Source: a virus
Lineage: Duplodnaviria; Caudoviricetes
IMG/VR virus record: IMGVR_UViG_3300037482_000237
Coordinates: 1-35,983 of that record
Reading direction: 5' to 3' (one strand)
Length of the DNA: 35,983 bases
Each line of letters opens with the position of its first letter. The stretch's first letter is position 1. The position numbers and the translations under genes are program-made. Under the pieces are notes generated by a model. That model made no database searches, had not been told where the DNA came from, and saw only the letters and a program-made list of their open reading frames with translations. Below are positions 8,534-16,671 of this stretch, piece by piece.

Positions 8534-8719
8534 TCAGGCGGCCTTCGTGCCGGTCGCTTCCTCGGCAGCGACGGCCTCGGCGGCCGGCGCGAGAATGGGC
8601 CGCAAAGCAGCGATCAGCTCGGGCGGAATACCCACCGCGCTGATCGCACGCTCGGCCTGACGACGGGCATCAGCGACCTCAGCCGGACTGAGAATCCGAT
8701 GCCGCTCCTCCCGCATCAC
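8534..8719 (-). CDS. small protein downstream of Cro
   Basis: GTGA overlap with the Cro stop; 61 aa, helical. Confidence 0.65.
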   Translation of the reverse strand: MMREERHRILSPAEVADARRQAERAISAVGIPPELIAALRPILAPAAEAVAAEEATGTKAA

Positions 8720-8970
8720 GCCGCAGTCCTCGACCGGGGCGCAGGGCTCGCCTCGGGGCGCTGCTCGAAGTCGTCGACGTCGAGGCCGAGGAGCTGCGCC
8801 AGCACCGCACGGAGCCTCGGGCGCGGTGTGTAGATCCCGCGTTCGATTCGGCTGATGTGCGACTCGTCAACGGCTGCGCCAGCTTCGGCGCACTTATCGG
8901 CCAGATCCTGCTGAGTCATGCCGCGCCGCAGCCGCTCTTGCTTCACTGAGCTTGTGATTTCGCTTGGCAT
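8716..8970 (-). CDS. Cro-like XRE HTH regulator
   Basis: RLRRGMTQQDLADKC...ESHISRIERG; divergent from the repressor; probably leaderless. Confidence 0.85.
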   Translation of the reverse strand: MPSEITSSVKQERLRRGMTQQDLADKCAEAGAAVDESHISRIERGIYTPRPRLRAVLAQLLGLDVDDFEQRPEASPAPRSRTAA

Positions 8971-8973
8971 GCC

Positions 8974-9078
8974 CACAAGCTAACGCAGGACAACACAGGC
9001 GCGCAAGCCTTGCGGCACAGGAATACACAAGTCATGAGTACGGCTCAGCACTCTTGCGGCAAGTTGCGTTAGCCTGTG
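8974..9078. promoter_or_regulatory. lysis/lysogeny switch: divergent promoters and CRCARG operator arrays
   Basis: Minus-strand TTGCGC-N18-TAGCTT-N6-ATG; ten CRCARG-type hexamers, mostly in 10-bp phase. Confidence 0.65.
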
Positions 9079-9102
9079 TTTCCCTGATCAGGAGGGGTGC
9101 CG

Positions 9103-9552
9103 ATGCCGGAACCGCATGAGCGGCTGAACGAGGCGATGAACGAGAGACGCCTCGAATTGCGCATGAACTGGCGCGAGGTCGCCCAGGCTGCCCAGATCTC
9201 GTATGAGGCGTTGCGCGCTATCCGACGAGGGGGCTACCGGCCGACTGAGCTGACGGCGCGCGGGGTTGACGAGGCCCTGCGCTGGGCGTCGGGTTCCGTC
9301 TACGCGATCCTCGCCGGCGGTGAGCCCATCCCGGCCGAACCCCCGGAGGCTGTACAGCCTCTGCCTGAGCCGTTGGCGGGGTTGGAGGTGTGGCGGCAGC
9401 GGACGATTCTGGAGATGGTGGCGCAGCTGCCGGCCGAGCGGCGGGGGCCGGCTCTGCGGAGGCTGGCCGAGCGTGTCGAGGCTGGGGAGCTGGGGCTGGC
9501 GGAGGAGCCGGGAGAGTCTGGTGGGGAGCAGCGCTCGGGCCAGACCGGGTAG
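9103..9552 (+). CDS. immunity repressor (XRE HTH)
   Basis: GGAGGGG RBS before ATG 9103; RRLELRMNWREVAQAAQISYEALRAIRRG; divergent from Cro and next to the integrase. Confidence 0.8.
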   Translation: MPEPHERLNEAMNERRLELRMNWREVAQAAQISYEALRAIRRGGYRPTELTARGVDEALRWASGSVYAILAGGEPIPAEPPEAVQPLPEPLAGLEVWRQRTILEMVAQLPAERRGPALRRLAERVEAGELGLAEEPGESGGEQRSGQTG

Positions 9553-9671
9553 TTACGTTTCGGCCACAACCGTGCTGTTCGAGTGACACGTGCCTATACC
9601 GGGCGCAGGGTGTGTGTTCCGCACATTCCGCCGACGTGTGCGGTGTCCGGGAATGCCCGCTCGCTTAGGGG

Positions 9672-9923
9672 ATGGGAATGATCTCGATCGTTCTCGCGGG
9701 CGTGCTCGGCGCCGTGGTCACACTCGTGGTCCTGCTCTTCCAGCGGCAGAGGGAACTCTGCCGGGAGATCACGCAGATACGCGCCGAGCGCGACAGCGAA
9801 TGGATGTTGCACGCCATCGCGTGCAGCACGAACAGGCCACCGGGCGGCGCTGCCGCCGTCAACGGCCCGGGGCCACCACAGGCCCGATCGAGGCCCCGCT
9901 TACGCCTGTTGGCCGGCAGGTAG
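9672..9923 (+). CDS. small single-TM membrane protein (lysogeny module)
   Basis: N-terminal TM segment then a short coiled coil; converges on the integrase; TTA at 9900-9902. Confidence 0.6.
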   Translation: MGMISIVLAGVLGAVVTLVVLLFQRQRELCREITQIRAERDSEWMLHAIACSTNRPPGGAAAVNGPGPPQARSRPRLRLLAGR

Positions 9924-9928
9924 CGTCC

Positions 9929-11446
9929 TTACAGCCGGCTCTTGACGACCGGGGTGAAGCCGGGCTCGCCGTAGAAGGAGAGCGTGATGCGGCCGGGCTC
10001 GATGCGCTTCACGCCGGGCGCCCGCGCTCTGAACAGGCGGATGGTGACGATCTGGCTGAGGACGAACCGTTTCTGGTGCTGCTCGAGCTTTTCCCACACT
10101 TTGTCGGCCAGTGGGTTGCCCAGCAGGTCCTCGAGGATGGGCGGGATCGTCGCTTCGGCCTTCTTCAGGTCCGCCTCGGCCTTGTGCTGAAGGGGACGCA
10201 GGCGGCTCTCGAGCGCCCCCAGGGACGCGGACGACATCCCGAGCTGGCCGTTCTTGTCGAACGTCGTGGCCAGCTCCCGGGCTTCTTCCAGCTGCTGGGT
10301 GATGGCCTTCAGCTGGGCCCGGGCCTTCTTCGCGGCGTTGCCGTCCTTCGGCTGCCGGAACGCCGCCGCGGCCTCGGGTGTCGACAGCCAGGCCACCACG
10401 GCCTCTTCGACGTACGCCTCGAACAGGGCTGCGTTGACGGACAGGTCGAGGCTGTTGCAGCGGTAGACCCATCTGCCGCGGGCTGTGGTCGTCTTGCGCA
10501 GTGCGTACATGTCCGGTTGCGCGGCCCCCTCGTGGACGCCGCAGACGGCGAGACCGGAGAGCAGGTGCTTGACGGCGGTCGACGCCCCCGCGCCCTTCAG
10601 GCGGCTGTCGAGGATCACCTGCACCTCGTCGAACAGCTTCGGCTTCACGAGTCCCTTCCAGGTTCCCTTGTGCTCGACACCCTTGTGCGAGCGCACACCG
10701 ATGTAGGCCTTGTTCCGCAGCACCATGTGCACGCTGCGCGCCACCCAGGGCTTCCCGAGCCGGGTCACCTCGCCGTCCCGGTTCATCTGCTGCGCGATGC
10801 CCCGCAGCGGCTTGCCGGCCTTGACGGCCTCGAACATGGCGATCACCTTCTTCGCCTGCTCGGTGTCGGCGATCTGGTCGACCAGGTCGCCGGTGTCCGG
10901 GTCGTAGGTGCGGCGGTAGCCGTACGGCGTCGGCCCGTGCGGGCCGCCGTTGGCCGCGTTCTCCCGCGCCGTGCGCAGGTTGCGGTCCCGGATGCCCTCG
11001 ACCTCGTCCTCGGCACTGACCGCGTCCATGGCGGTCGCCTTGCGGTCCGCACGCTTGGACAGGTCGTAGATCTGGCCGTTGTAGCAGAGCAGGACCCCGG
11101 CGGCGTAGCAGGCATTGCGCAGGCGTACGTACGCCTCGAGGTCGCGGTAGTAGCGGGAGGCCTCGAAGGCGACGACGATGCGGACTTCGCGCGCCTCGAT
11201 CCGCGCCAGCATGTCCTCGAAGTCGTCACGTTTCTTGCGTGCGTGTCGGCTGGCTGAGATGCCGGTGTCCTTGAAGACGTCCTTGACCGGCCAGCCGTGT
11301 TGGCCGGCGAGGCCTTGGCCGTCTTTCAACTGGTCCGCGACGGAGCGGCCCTTCTTCTTCGGGTCGACGCTGTTACGGCCGTAGAGGAAGCAGTCCCAGA
11401 CGACGTCGGGATGCACGAGGTGAAGGTAGGCGGGGTCGATCGGCAT
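9929..11446 (-). CDS. large serine recombinase (phage integrase)
   Basis: Start trimmed to ATG 11446. Catalytic YGRNS...SVADQ, DTGISAS, EASRYYR; recombinase domain (PYGY); Zn ribbon (CGVH...YRC); coiled coil. Confidence 0.92.
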   Translation of the reverse strand: MPIDPAYLHLVHPDVVWDCFLYGRNSVDPKKKGRSVADQLKDGQGLAGQHGWPVKDVFKDTGISASRHARKKRDDFEDMLARIEAREVRIVVAFEASRYYRDLEAYVRLRNACYAAGVLLCYNGQIYDLSKRADRKATAMDAVSAEDEVEGIRDRNLRTARENAANGGPHGPTPYGYRRTYDPDTGDLVDQIADTEQAKKVIAMFEAVKAGKPLRGIAQQMNRDGEVTRLGKPWVARSVHMVLRNKAYIGVRSHKGVEHKGTWKGLVKPKLFDEVQVILDSRLKGAGASTAVKHLLSGLAVCGVHEGAAQPDMYALRKTTTARGRWVYRCNSLDLSVNAALFEAYVEEAVVAWLSTPEAAAAFRQPKDGNAAKKARAQLKAITQQLEEARELATTFDKNGQLGMSSASLGALESRLRPLQHKAEADLKKAEATIPPILEDLLGNPLADKVWEKLEQHQKRFVLSQIVTIRLFRARAPGVKRIEPGRITLSFYGEPGFTPVVKSRL

Positions 11447-11462
11447 GGCGCCGAGCGTAGCG

Positions 11463-11520
11463 CGACGTACGGCCCTGTGTGCACATCTGGGATGAGACGT
11501 GCACACACAGCCGTACGTCG
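11463..11520. other. attP candidate
   Basis: 26-bp arms 11463-11488 and 11495-11520 with 3 mismatches around GGGATG, directly upstream of the serine integrase. Confidence 0.75.
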
Positions 11521-11541
11521 TATGCGCGAGGTACAGCGACG

Positions 11542-11625
11542 GCCCCGGCCGTCCGCGTGGGGGGCGCGAACGGCCGGGGCTGTGGGGTGCCCGCCCGCGC
11601 ACGGTCGGCGTACGGCGCGGGCGGG
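11542..11625. terminator. two GC-rich hairpins between the small-gene operon and attP
   Basis: 11-bp stems at 11542-11552/11570-11580 and 11590-11600/11615-11625. Confidence 0.5.
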
Positions 11626-11628
11626 GGC

Positions 11629-11832
11629 TCAGGTGGCGGTGGGGTCCTGCGGCCACGTCACGTCGGAGTACTCGTGGTAGTGGTCGCCCTCGTGGCCCAT
11701 CTGGTGCGTGCAGCAGCGGGCGGGGGCGTCCGGTTTCGGTGACCAGCACAGGGTCAGGCCGTGTGGGCGCAGGGCGGGTTCAGCGGTAGGCGTCATCAGT
11801 TTCCCTTGTCGCGGCAGGGTGGGAGCCGGCAT
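11629..11832 (-). CDS. small Cys/His-rich protein
   Basis: ATG 11832 (TGATG overlap; alternative start 11796); CWSPKP..RCCTHQMGHEGDHYHEYS. Confidence 0.6.
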   Translation of the reverse strand: MPAPTLPRQGKLMTPTAEPALRPHGLTLCWSPKPDAPARCCTHQMGHEGDHYHEYSDVTWPQDPTAT

Positions 11833-11993
11833 CACTGGGCGCCGTTGCGGCACCGCGCGCAGCCGCACGGCGGCCATCTCAGCGCGTCGTCCTTCAGGCG
11901 CTCGGGGTCTCCGGACGGGACCTGGACGGGCGTGCCGATGGGGATGCGTCTGCCTGTGTGGCCCTCGGCCCGGTACACCTTGATCGTCATCAT
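11832..11993 (-). CDS. 53-aa protein with WPPCxCxRC motif
   Basis: Absent from the ORF track. MMTIKVYRAEGHTGRRIPIGTPVQVPSGDPERLKDDALRWPPCGCARCRNGAQ with GGGGGAG RBS. Confidence 0.65.
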   Translation of the reverse strand: MMTIKVYRAEGHTGRRIPIGTPVQVPSGDPERLKDDALRWPPCGCARCRNGAQ

Positions 11994-12017
11994 GGGTCTG
12001 CTCCCCCGGTCAGCCAG

Positions 12018-12084
12018 TGAGTTAGCCCGACCCTAGAGTCTGCGCTAGCTCAAACACAATGCCTTGCACTGAGCTAGCTCAAAC
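12018..12084. promoter_or_regulatory. GntR operator palindromes and divergent promoter
   Basis: TGAGCTAGCTCA (12070-12081, perfect), TGCGCTAGCTCA (12041-12052), TGAGTTAGCCCG (12018-12029); minus-strand TTGTGT-N18-TAGGGT. Confidence 0.7.
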
Positions 12085-12110
12085 GGGTGTAGTTGTGGGA
12101 CGCTCGCCCC

Positions 12111-12851
12111 ATGACTACGCCGAATCTCCGCATCGCCGAGCACTACCGGCAGCAGATCCGGGACGGCATCCTCCGCCCCGGCGACCGTCTCCCCAGCGTC
12201 CGTGAGCTGTCCGAGCAGCACGGCGCCGCCACCGCGACCATCCGGTCCGCCATGGGCTGGCTCCGCACCGAGGGATGGATCGTGACCACCCAGCGGGGCT
12301 CCTACGTGGCGCAGGAAACCGTCAACACGGCAGCGCCGGCAGACCGCCTCGAACGCGTACGGCGCACAGGCAGCATCCTCGGCACGGGCGAGACCAAGCG
12401 GGTCAGCTCCGCCGCGCTCATCGTGCCGCCGCTGTATGTCGCCGAACTCTTCGACCAGGACCCCAGCGAGCAAGTCCTCAGGCGCGAGTACGTCATCGGC
12501 AGCGGACACCAGCGCCTCGCCCTCGAAGTGGACTGGTACCCGCCGCAGTTCGCCCAGCTGGTCCCCGACCTCACCAGCACCGCACCGGGCCCGGCGAGCT
12601 CCGAGCACCCCGGCCGCGGGAACGACCTGCTCTCCCAGATCGAGCAGGCCACCGGACGCACCGTCACCCACGGCCGGGACGCGATGCACAGCCGCGCGTG
12701 CGACCAGCGGGAAGCGTCCGCCCTAGTCATCCCCATCGGAGCGCCGATCCTGGCCGGCGCACACGAATGGTCCGACGCCCAGGGCGTCATCGTGTACGGC
12801 GAGTGGTGCCTGCCGCAGCGGCTCACCCTCGGCTACGAGTACAAGATCTGA
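12111..12851 (+). CDS. GntR-family (HutC/UTRA-type) transcriptional regulator
   Basis: IRDGILRPGDRLPSVRELSEQHG...LRTEGWIVTTQRGSYV GntR wHTH plus a UTRA-like C-terminal domain. Confidence 0.9.
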   Translation: MTTPNLRIAEHYRQQIRDGILRPGDRLPSVRELSEQHGAATATIRSAMGWLRTEGWIVTTQRGSYVAQETVNTAAPADRLERVRRTGSILGTGETKRVSSAALIVPPLYVAELFDQDPSEQVLRREYVIGSGHQRLALEVDWYPPQFAQLVPDLTSTAPGPASSEHPGRGNDLLSQIEQATGRTVTHGRDAMHSRACDQREASALVIPIGAPILAGAHEWSDAQGVIVYGEWCLPQRLTLGYEYKI

Positions 12852-12865
12852 CCCCGGACACGACG

Positions 12866-12905
12866 ACAGCGCCCCCTCCCGCCCGAAGGCGGAAGGGGGC
12901 GCTGT
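12866..12905 (-). terminator. terminator hairpin at the convergence of the late operon and GntR
   Basis: 18-bp stem; on the minus strand it has a C(UUCG)G tetraloop and the single mismatch becomes U-G. Confidence 0.75.
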
Positions 12906-12929
12906 GCGGTGGGCCGTTGATGCGGCCTG

Positions 12930-13358
12930 CTACACCTCGATGAACGAGAGCGACGCGGCGACCTTCGTGTTCACCAACTGGGGGTCGGTCTGGAGGGCGA
13001 AGGTGTGGCCCGGCGGGACCTCGATGTCGAACGGGATGAACATGGAGTCGGTGACCGTGATGCCGCCGGCGGTCTTGGCGCCACCGGTGTAGCTGGAGAT
13101 CATCAGCCCGGACTTGACGACCGCGTCGCCGGTGTAGGCCGAGCCGTCCCAGACGGTGCTGTTGACGGGCTTGACCGTGGTGGGCAGGTTGCCGGTCGGG
13201 TCGATCCAGGAGTCGATGAAGAACGTGACCTCGGACCCGAACGCGAAGGACTTGATGACCTTCGTGGTAGCCGAGCCGGCGGGGTTGTGCAGGGTGAGCT
13301 TGAGACGCTGGCCTATGAGCAGCGTCTGAGTGTCCGAACCGGAAAGCCAGACAGACAT
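12930..13358 (-). CDS. beta-rich hypothetical protein (possible fibre-associated/chaperone)
   Basis: ATG 13358 with GGGAGA RBS; last gene of the late operon. Confidence 0.65.
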   Translation of the reverse strand: MSVWLSGSDTQTLLIGQRLKLTLHNPAGSATTKVIKSFAFGSEVTFFIDSWIDPTGNLPTTVKPVNSTVWDGSAYTGDAVVKSGLMISSYTGGAKTAGGITVTDSMFIPFDIEVPPGHTFALQTDPQLVNTKVAASLSFIEV

Positions 13359-13420
13359 CGGTGTCTCCCGTGGGTGTAGGGCCCCTGCCGCCCCAGGCGG
13401 GAGGAGGGGGTGGTGCGCTT

Positions 13421-14824
13421 CTATGGGGTGGCGAACTTCCCGGCCCGGATGAACACGGCCTGCGCGGGGTCGGACAGGTTGGTGGCGGTGCGGGTCACCG
13501 CAATCCACCCCAGGAGCGTCCCGACGAACGCGGGGTTGATGATGAAGCCCCCTGTCGAGACGGCGGCCTGAGCGGCCGCAAGGCTGGTGTGCGTGGTCTG
13601 ACCGTACTGAATGGCCAGCTGGTCGGCGGCGTTGTCCTGGGCGAAGAGGAACACCCTCATCAGGGTGGACTGGTTGGATCCTCCCCCCACCGGGGTGATC
13701 ACGCCCCCCAGGTCGAAGTTCGCAACGTCCAGGACCGTGACCGGGTCCGGGAACACCGTGGTGGACTGGGTCGCCATCCGGAACTGGGCCGGGGACTGCG
13801 CAGCCGTGGGGGCGATGTGGGGGTTGTCGGGGGCCAGCGCGTGGCTGAACCCCCGGGAGAACATCGTGCCGCCCGACTGGTTGATCATCAGGTTCGCGCC
13901 GTTGGCAGAGATCGTGTTCCCGGCAACGCTGAAGGGGCCCAGCGCGTCCATGAGATCGGCCAGCTGGTTCATGGGCTGCGGATTGATCTGCGGGACCGAC
14001 TTGGTGAAGACGACCGCCCCGGCGAACAGGATGGAGAACCCCAGCACCAGGTGCGTCCGGCGCTGCACGTTCGTCGGGGTCGTAGCCTGCTGCACGAACG
14101 CCCCGGCGTCATCCACGAGCCACCACGTGAGCGTACGCAAGAGCGCCGCAGCGTCCAGGAGCACCGTCTGAGCGGCCTCGTTCACGCGCACGACCGTGGG
14201 CGCCATGGGGTCGGTGGAGTAGTCGACTACGTACCCCGTCAGGGCAGCGACATCGACAGCCTGAGGTGTGACGCTGACAGACAGGGCGCCACCGGCTATC
14301 AGGCCGGTGGACAGCGCGTTGGGTTCTCCGTCCGCGACCTGACCGAAGGCCACTCCTACGTCCCGGGTAGCGGACGATCCCAGGCCGAGGTTGTCACGGG
14401 CCGTCTGGGTATTGCGCAGCTGCGGGCTGGGATACGACCCTGTGAGGTCACCGCCGGCGGTGCCCTCGGGCAGGAACGGGGGCGGCTCCGGGTCGACCTC
14501 GACCAGGTCCGTGATGTCGATGGACGACGCACCGCTCGCCAGCTCGAAATACTCCGGCAGGTACGGCAGCCCGGTAAGCCGCGTCTCGATCCTCCACAGC
14601 TTGCCGCCCGTGGGGAAGACACCAGGGGTGTCAGTGGGAACCAGCGGCTGGGAGAACGTGCCATCGGTGAGGGTGATGGTGGCGCCGCCCGCGAGGATCT
14701 GGTTCCCGTCGGTGTCCGTCCACACCAGCGGGAACGGAGTGAAGATCACCGTCCCGGTCGCGGGCAGGCCGGTGACCGGGTTGGTGTACGACCCGGTGAC
14801 GGTCCGGGTTGCGGGCAACGGCAT
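13421..14824 (-). CDS. tail fibre/minor structural protein
   Basis: N-terminal TRTVTGSYTNP..GTVIFTP Ig-like module, AGGDLTGSYP linker, beta-rich C-terminus; AGGAGA RBS. Confidence 0.6.
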   Translation of the reverse strand: MPLPATRTVTGSYTNPVTGLPATGTVIFTPFPLVWTDTDGNQILAGGATITLTDGTFSQPLVPTDTPGVFPTGGKLWRIETRLTGLPYLPEYFELASGASSIDITDLVEVDPEPPPFLPEGTAGGDLTGSYPSPQLRNTQTARDNLGLGSSATRDVGVAFGQVADGEPNALSTGLIAGGALSVSVTPQAVDVAALTGYVVDYSTDPMAPTVVRVNEAAQTVLLDAAALLRTLTWWLVDDAGAFVQQATTPTNVQRRTHLVLGFSILFAGAVVFTKSVPQINPQPMNQLADLMDALGPFSVAGNTISANGANLMINQSGGTMFSRGFSHALAPDNPHIAPTAAQSPAQFRMATQSTTVFPDPVTVLDVANFDLGGVITPVGGGSNQSTLMRVFLFAQDNAADQLAIQYGQTTHTSLAAAQAAVSTGGFIINPAFVGTLLGWIAVTRTATNLSDPAQAVFIRAGKFATP

Positions 14825-14833
14825 CGTGGTCTC

Positions 14834-15088
14834 CTACCGGCCAGTTATCTCGTACAGGGTCAGGCCCAGCGCGGCCGCGCTGACGACAGCGGCAATCGAC
14901 GGTAAAGGCCACCGGTTCCGCTTCAGCTCCTCGACGTCCTTCCGCAACTCGTCGATGTCCTTCTCAGCCTGCGTGGTCCGCTGGAGCGTGTTGTCCAGAC
15001 GCCCGTTCAGCGTCGCGAACCCCGTGTCGACCGCGCCCCGAAGCCGCTCCAGCTCGATCGCCACCGAGGAGGTCTCTTCGGGCGTCAC
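14834..15088 (-). CDS. lysis-cassette coiled-coil protein with C-terminal TM
   Basis: ELERLRG coiled coil then WPLPSIAAVVSAAALGL; TTA at 14903-14905. Confidence 0.7.
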   Translation of the reverse strand: MTPEETSSVAIELERLRGAVDTGFATLNGRLDNTLQRTTQAEKDIDELRKDVEELKRNRWPLPSIAAVVSAAALGLTLYEITGR

Positions 15089-15444
15089 CCTCGGCCTTCC
15101 ACGTCCCGGCCTACGCGGCGCAGGACTCCGATGATGTCGGCCTCGAAGGCCGCCTTGTCGAGGTGGATCCGCACCGGCGCGGTCACGGCCGGCGCCTGGT
15201 ACTCCGGCGCCCGGGCCCAGCCCAGAAGCAGACCCGCGACCAGGCGCAGCGGCTCCCAGCCGATCCGCGCCGCGCCCTCCTCCGCCAGGCGCAGGAGCAG
15301 GTAGTAGACGGCCGACACGGCGACGGTGACCCCACCGGCGACGGCCGCGTCCTCAGCCTCGATGCCGAGAGCTCCGGTCACGGTCAGGACCCACCCGGCG
15401 AGCAGCGGCACGACCGTACGCAGGAGAGAGGCGAGCAGGTTCAT
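15085..15444 (-). CDS. holin-like membrane protein
   Basis: Two to three TM segments, directly after the endolysin. Confidence 0.7.
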   Translation of the reverse strand: MNLLASLLRTVVPLLAGWVLTVTGALGIEAEDAAVAGGVTVAVSAVYYLLLRLAEEGAARIGWEPLRLVAGLLLGWARAPEYQAPAVTAPVRIHLDKAAFEADIIGVLRRVGRDVEGRG

Positions 15445-15456
15445 GAGGGACTCCGT

Positions 15457-16401
15457 TCAGTTGGTGAGGGCGTCGCCGAGTTCGGCCAGGGCGGCGCGTG
15501 CGCCGGCTTCGGCTGCGGCCTGGATCTCGGCCGCGTCGAGGCCACCGCCCTCGGCGAGCTTGGCCACTGCGGCGGTCAGGGCCCCGACCCGCGCGGCCGT
15601 CGTGTTGAGCAGGTGCCAGGCGTCAGCCTGCTGCTCGCCCGTGCCGTGGCCGTTGTACTGCCAGCCCATGTACGGGACGAGTGCCTTGTGGACCTCGGCG
15701 AGCTGCCGGGCCTGGGTGGGGGTCATGCCGTCCTCCTCAGACGGGGGCGCGGGAGGCGCCGTGGGGGTGGGCTGTGAGCTGGTCGGCTTGGCGAGCCGCG
15801 CCTCGACCCGCTTCCGCATGCCGGGCATGGTGAAGCCGCGGGGGTCAGACTTCTGGTCGGACCACTCCAGGTGGCCGATCACGGACTTGGCGCCCCAGCC
15901 GTGCGCCCGGCAGATCGCGGCGGACGCGCGCTCGATCGCGTCGAGCTGGGCGGCCGGCCAGGGGTCGGTGCCGTTGCCGAGGTTGACGCACTCGAAGCCG
16001 TAGAAGCGGGCGTTGCCATCGACCGCGCCCGCGCTGCCCTGGTGCTGATGCGGGGCCGGGGGGCGTTCGCCGTAGCGTTCGTCGATGACCGCCTGGAGGA
16101 CGTTCGGGTCGCCGCCGCCGGCGTGGTTGGCGCGGCCGTTGCCGACGAGGTGGACGGTGCCGTCCTTGGCGATGACGCCGTGGCACAGCGGGCCGGGCAG
16201 ACCTGCGTAGCCGTTGTAGCAGAGCTCGACGGAGGAGGACGTGCCGGAGCTGACGGTGTGGTGGATCATCACGCCGTTGACCGGCCCCCAGGCGCCGACC
16301 TGGTTGCGGTTGTGGGTGCGCCAGCCGTCGTGCTCGACGACGATGACGCCCTCGGCACGGAGCGCGGCGACCAGCCGGTCAGCGGGGAGTGGTGTGGCCA
16401 T
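15457..16401 (-). CDS. endolysin, N-acetylmuramoyl-L-alanine amidase (Amidase_2)
   Basis: ATG 16401; VMIHHT, GRANHAG, YGFECVN, IGHLEW...KSDP Zn-amidase motifs. Confidence 0.92.
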   Translation of the reverse strand: MATPLPADRLVAALRAEGVIVVEHDGWRTHNRNQVGAWGPVNGVMIHHTVSSGTSSSVELCYNGYAGLPGPLCHGVIAKDGTVHLVGNGRANHAGGGDPNVLQAVIDERYGERPPAPHQHQGSAGAVDGNARFYGFECVNLGNGTDPWPAAQLDAIERASAAICRAHGWGAKSVIGHLEWSDQKSDPRGFTMPGMRKRVEARLAKPTSSQPTPTAPPAPPSEEDGMTPTQARQLAEVHKALVPYMGWQYNGHGTGEQQADAWHLLNTTAARVGALTAAVAKLAEGGGLDAAEIQAAAEAGARAALAELGDALTN

Positions 16402-16609
16402 CGTCCGCTCCCTCCTGCTCATCCGGGAGTGCGGCCCGTACGGCGGCGTCCTTGCTCTCCAGCAGCTTGCGCAGAGCTACGGTCTGCTCCGGCCCAGGGC
16501 GGGTGACGGTGAGGATCTGTATGGCGAGCTCGGCAAACGGCTGGGACACGCAGCTGAGGTGCGGTGGCAGGTGCTTGTACTTGAAGAACCGCAGGATGGG
16601 CGGCTGCAT
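16379..16609 (-). CDS. 76-aa helical-hairpin protein (FxYxHLP...GPE.T.ALRKLLESKDAAVRA)
   Basis: ATG 16609 with GGAGA RBS; recognisable small phage family; overlaps the endolysin start. Confidence 0.75.
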   Translation of the reverse strand: MQPPILRFFKYKHLPPHLSCVSQPFAELAIQILTVTRPGPEQTVALRKLLESKDAAVRAALPDEQEGADDGHTTPR

Positions 16610-16671
16610 GGGGGTCTCCAGACATGCGAGACGCCCCGGCCGACGGCGCGGGGCGGACGGGGTGGGGACGG

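Noticed and set aside
9929-11749. 606-aa integrase reading through attP
   Set aside because: The N-terminal 100 aa are low-complexity and cross the hairpins and attP; the catalytic domain starts just after ATG 11446.
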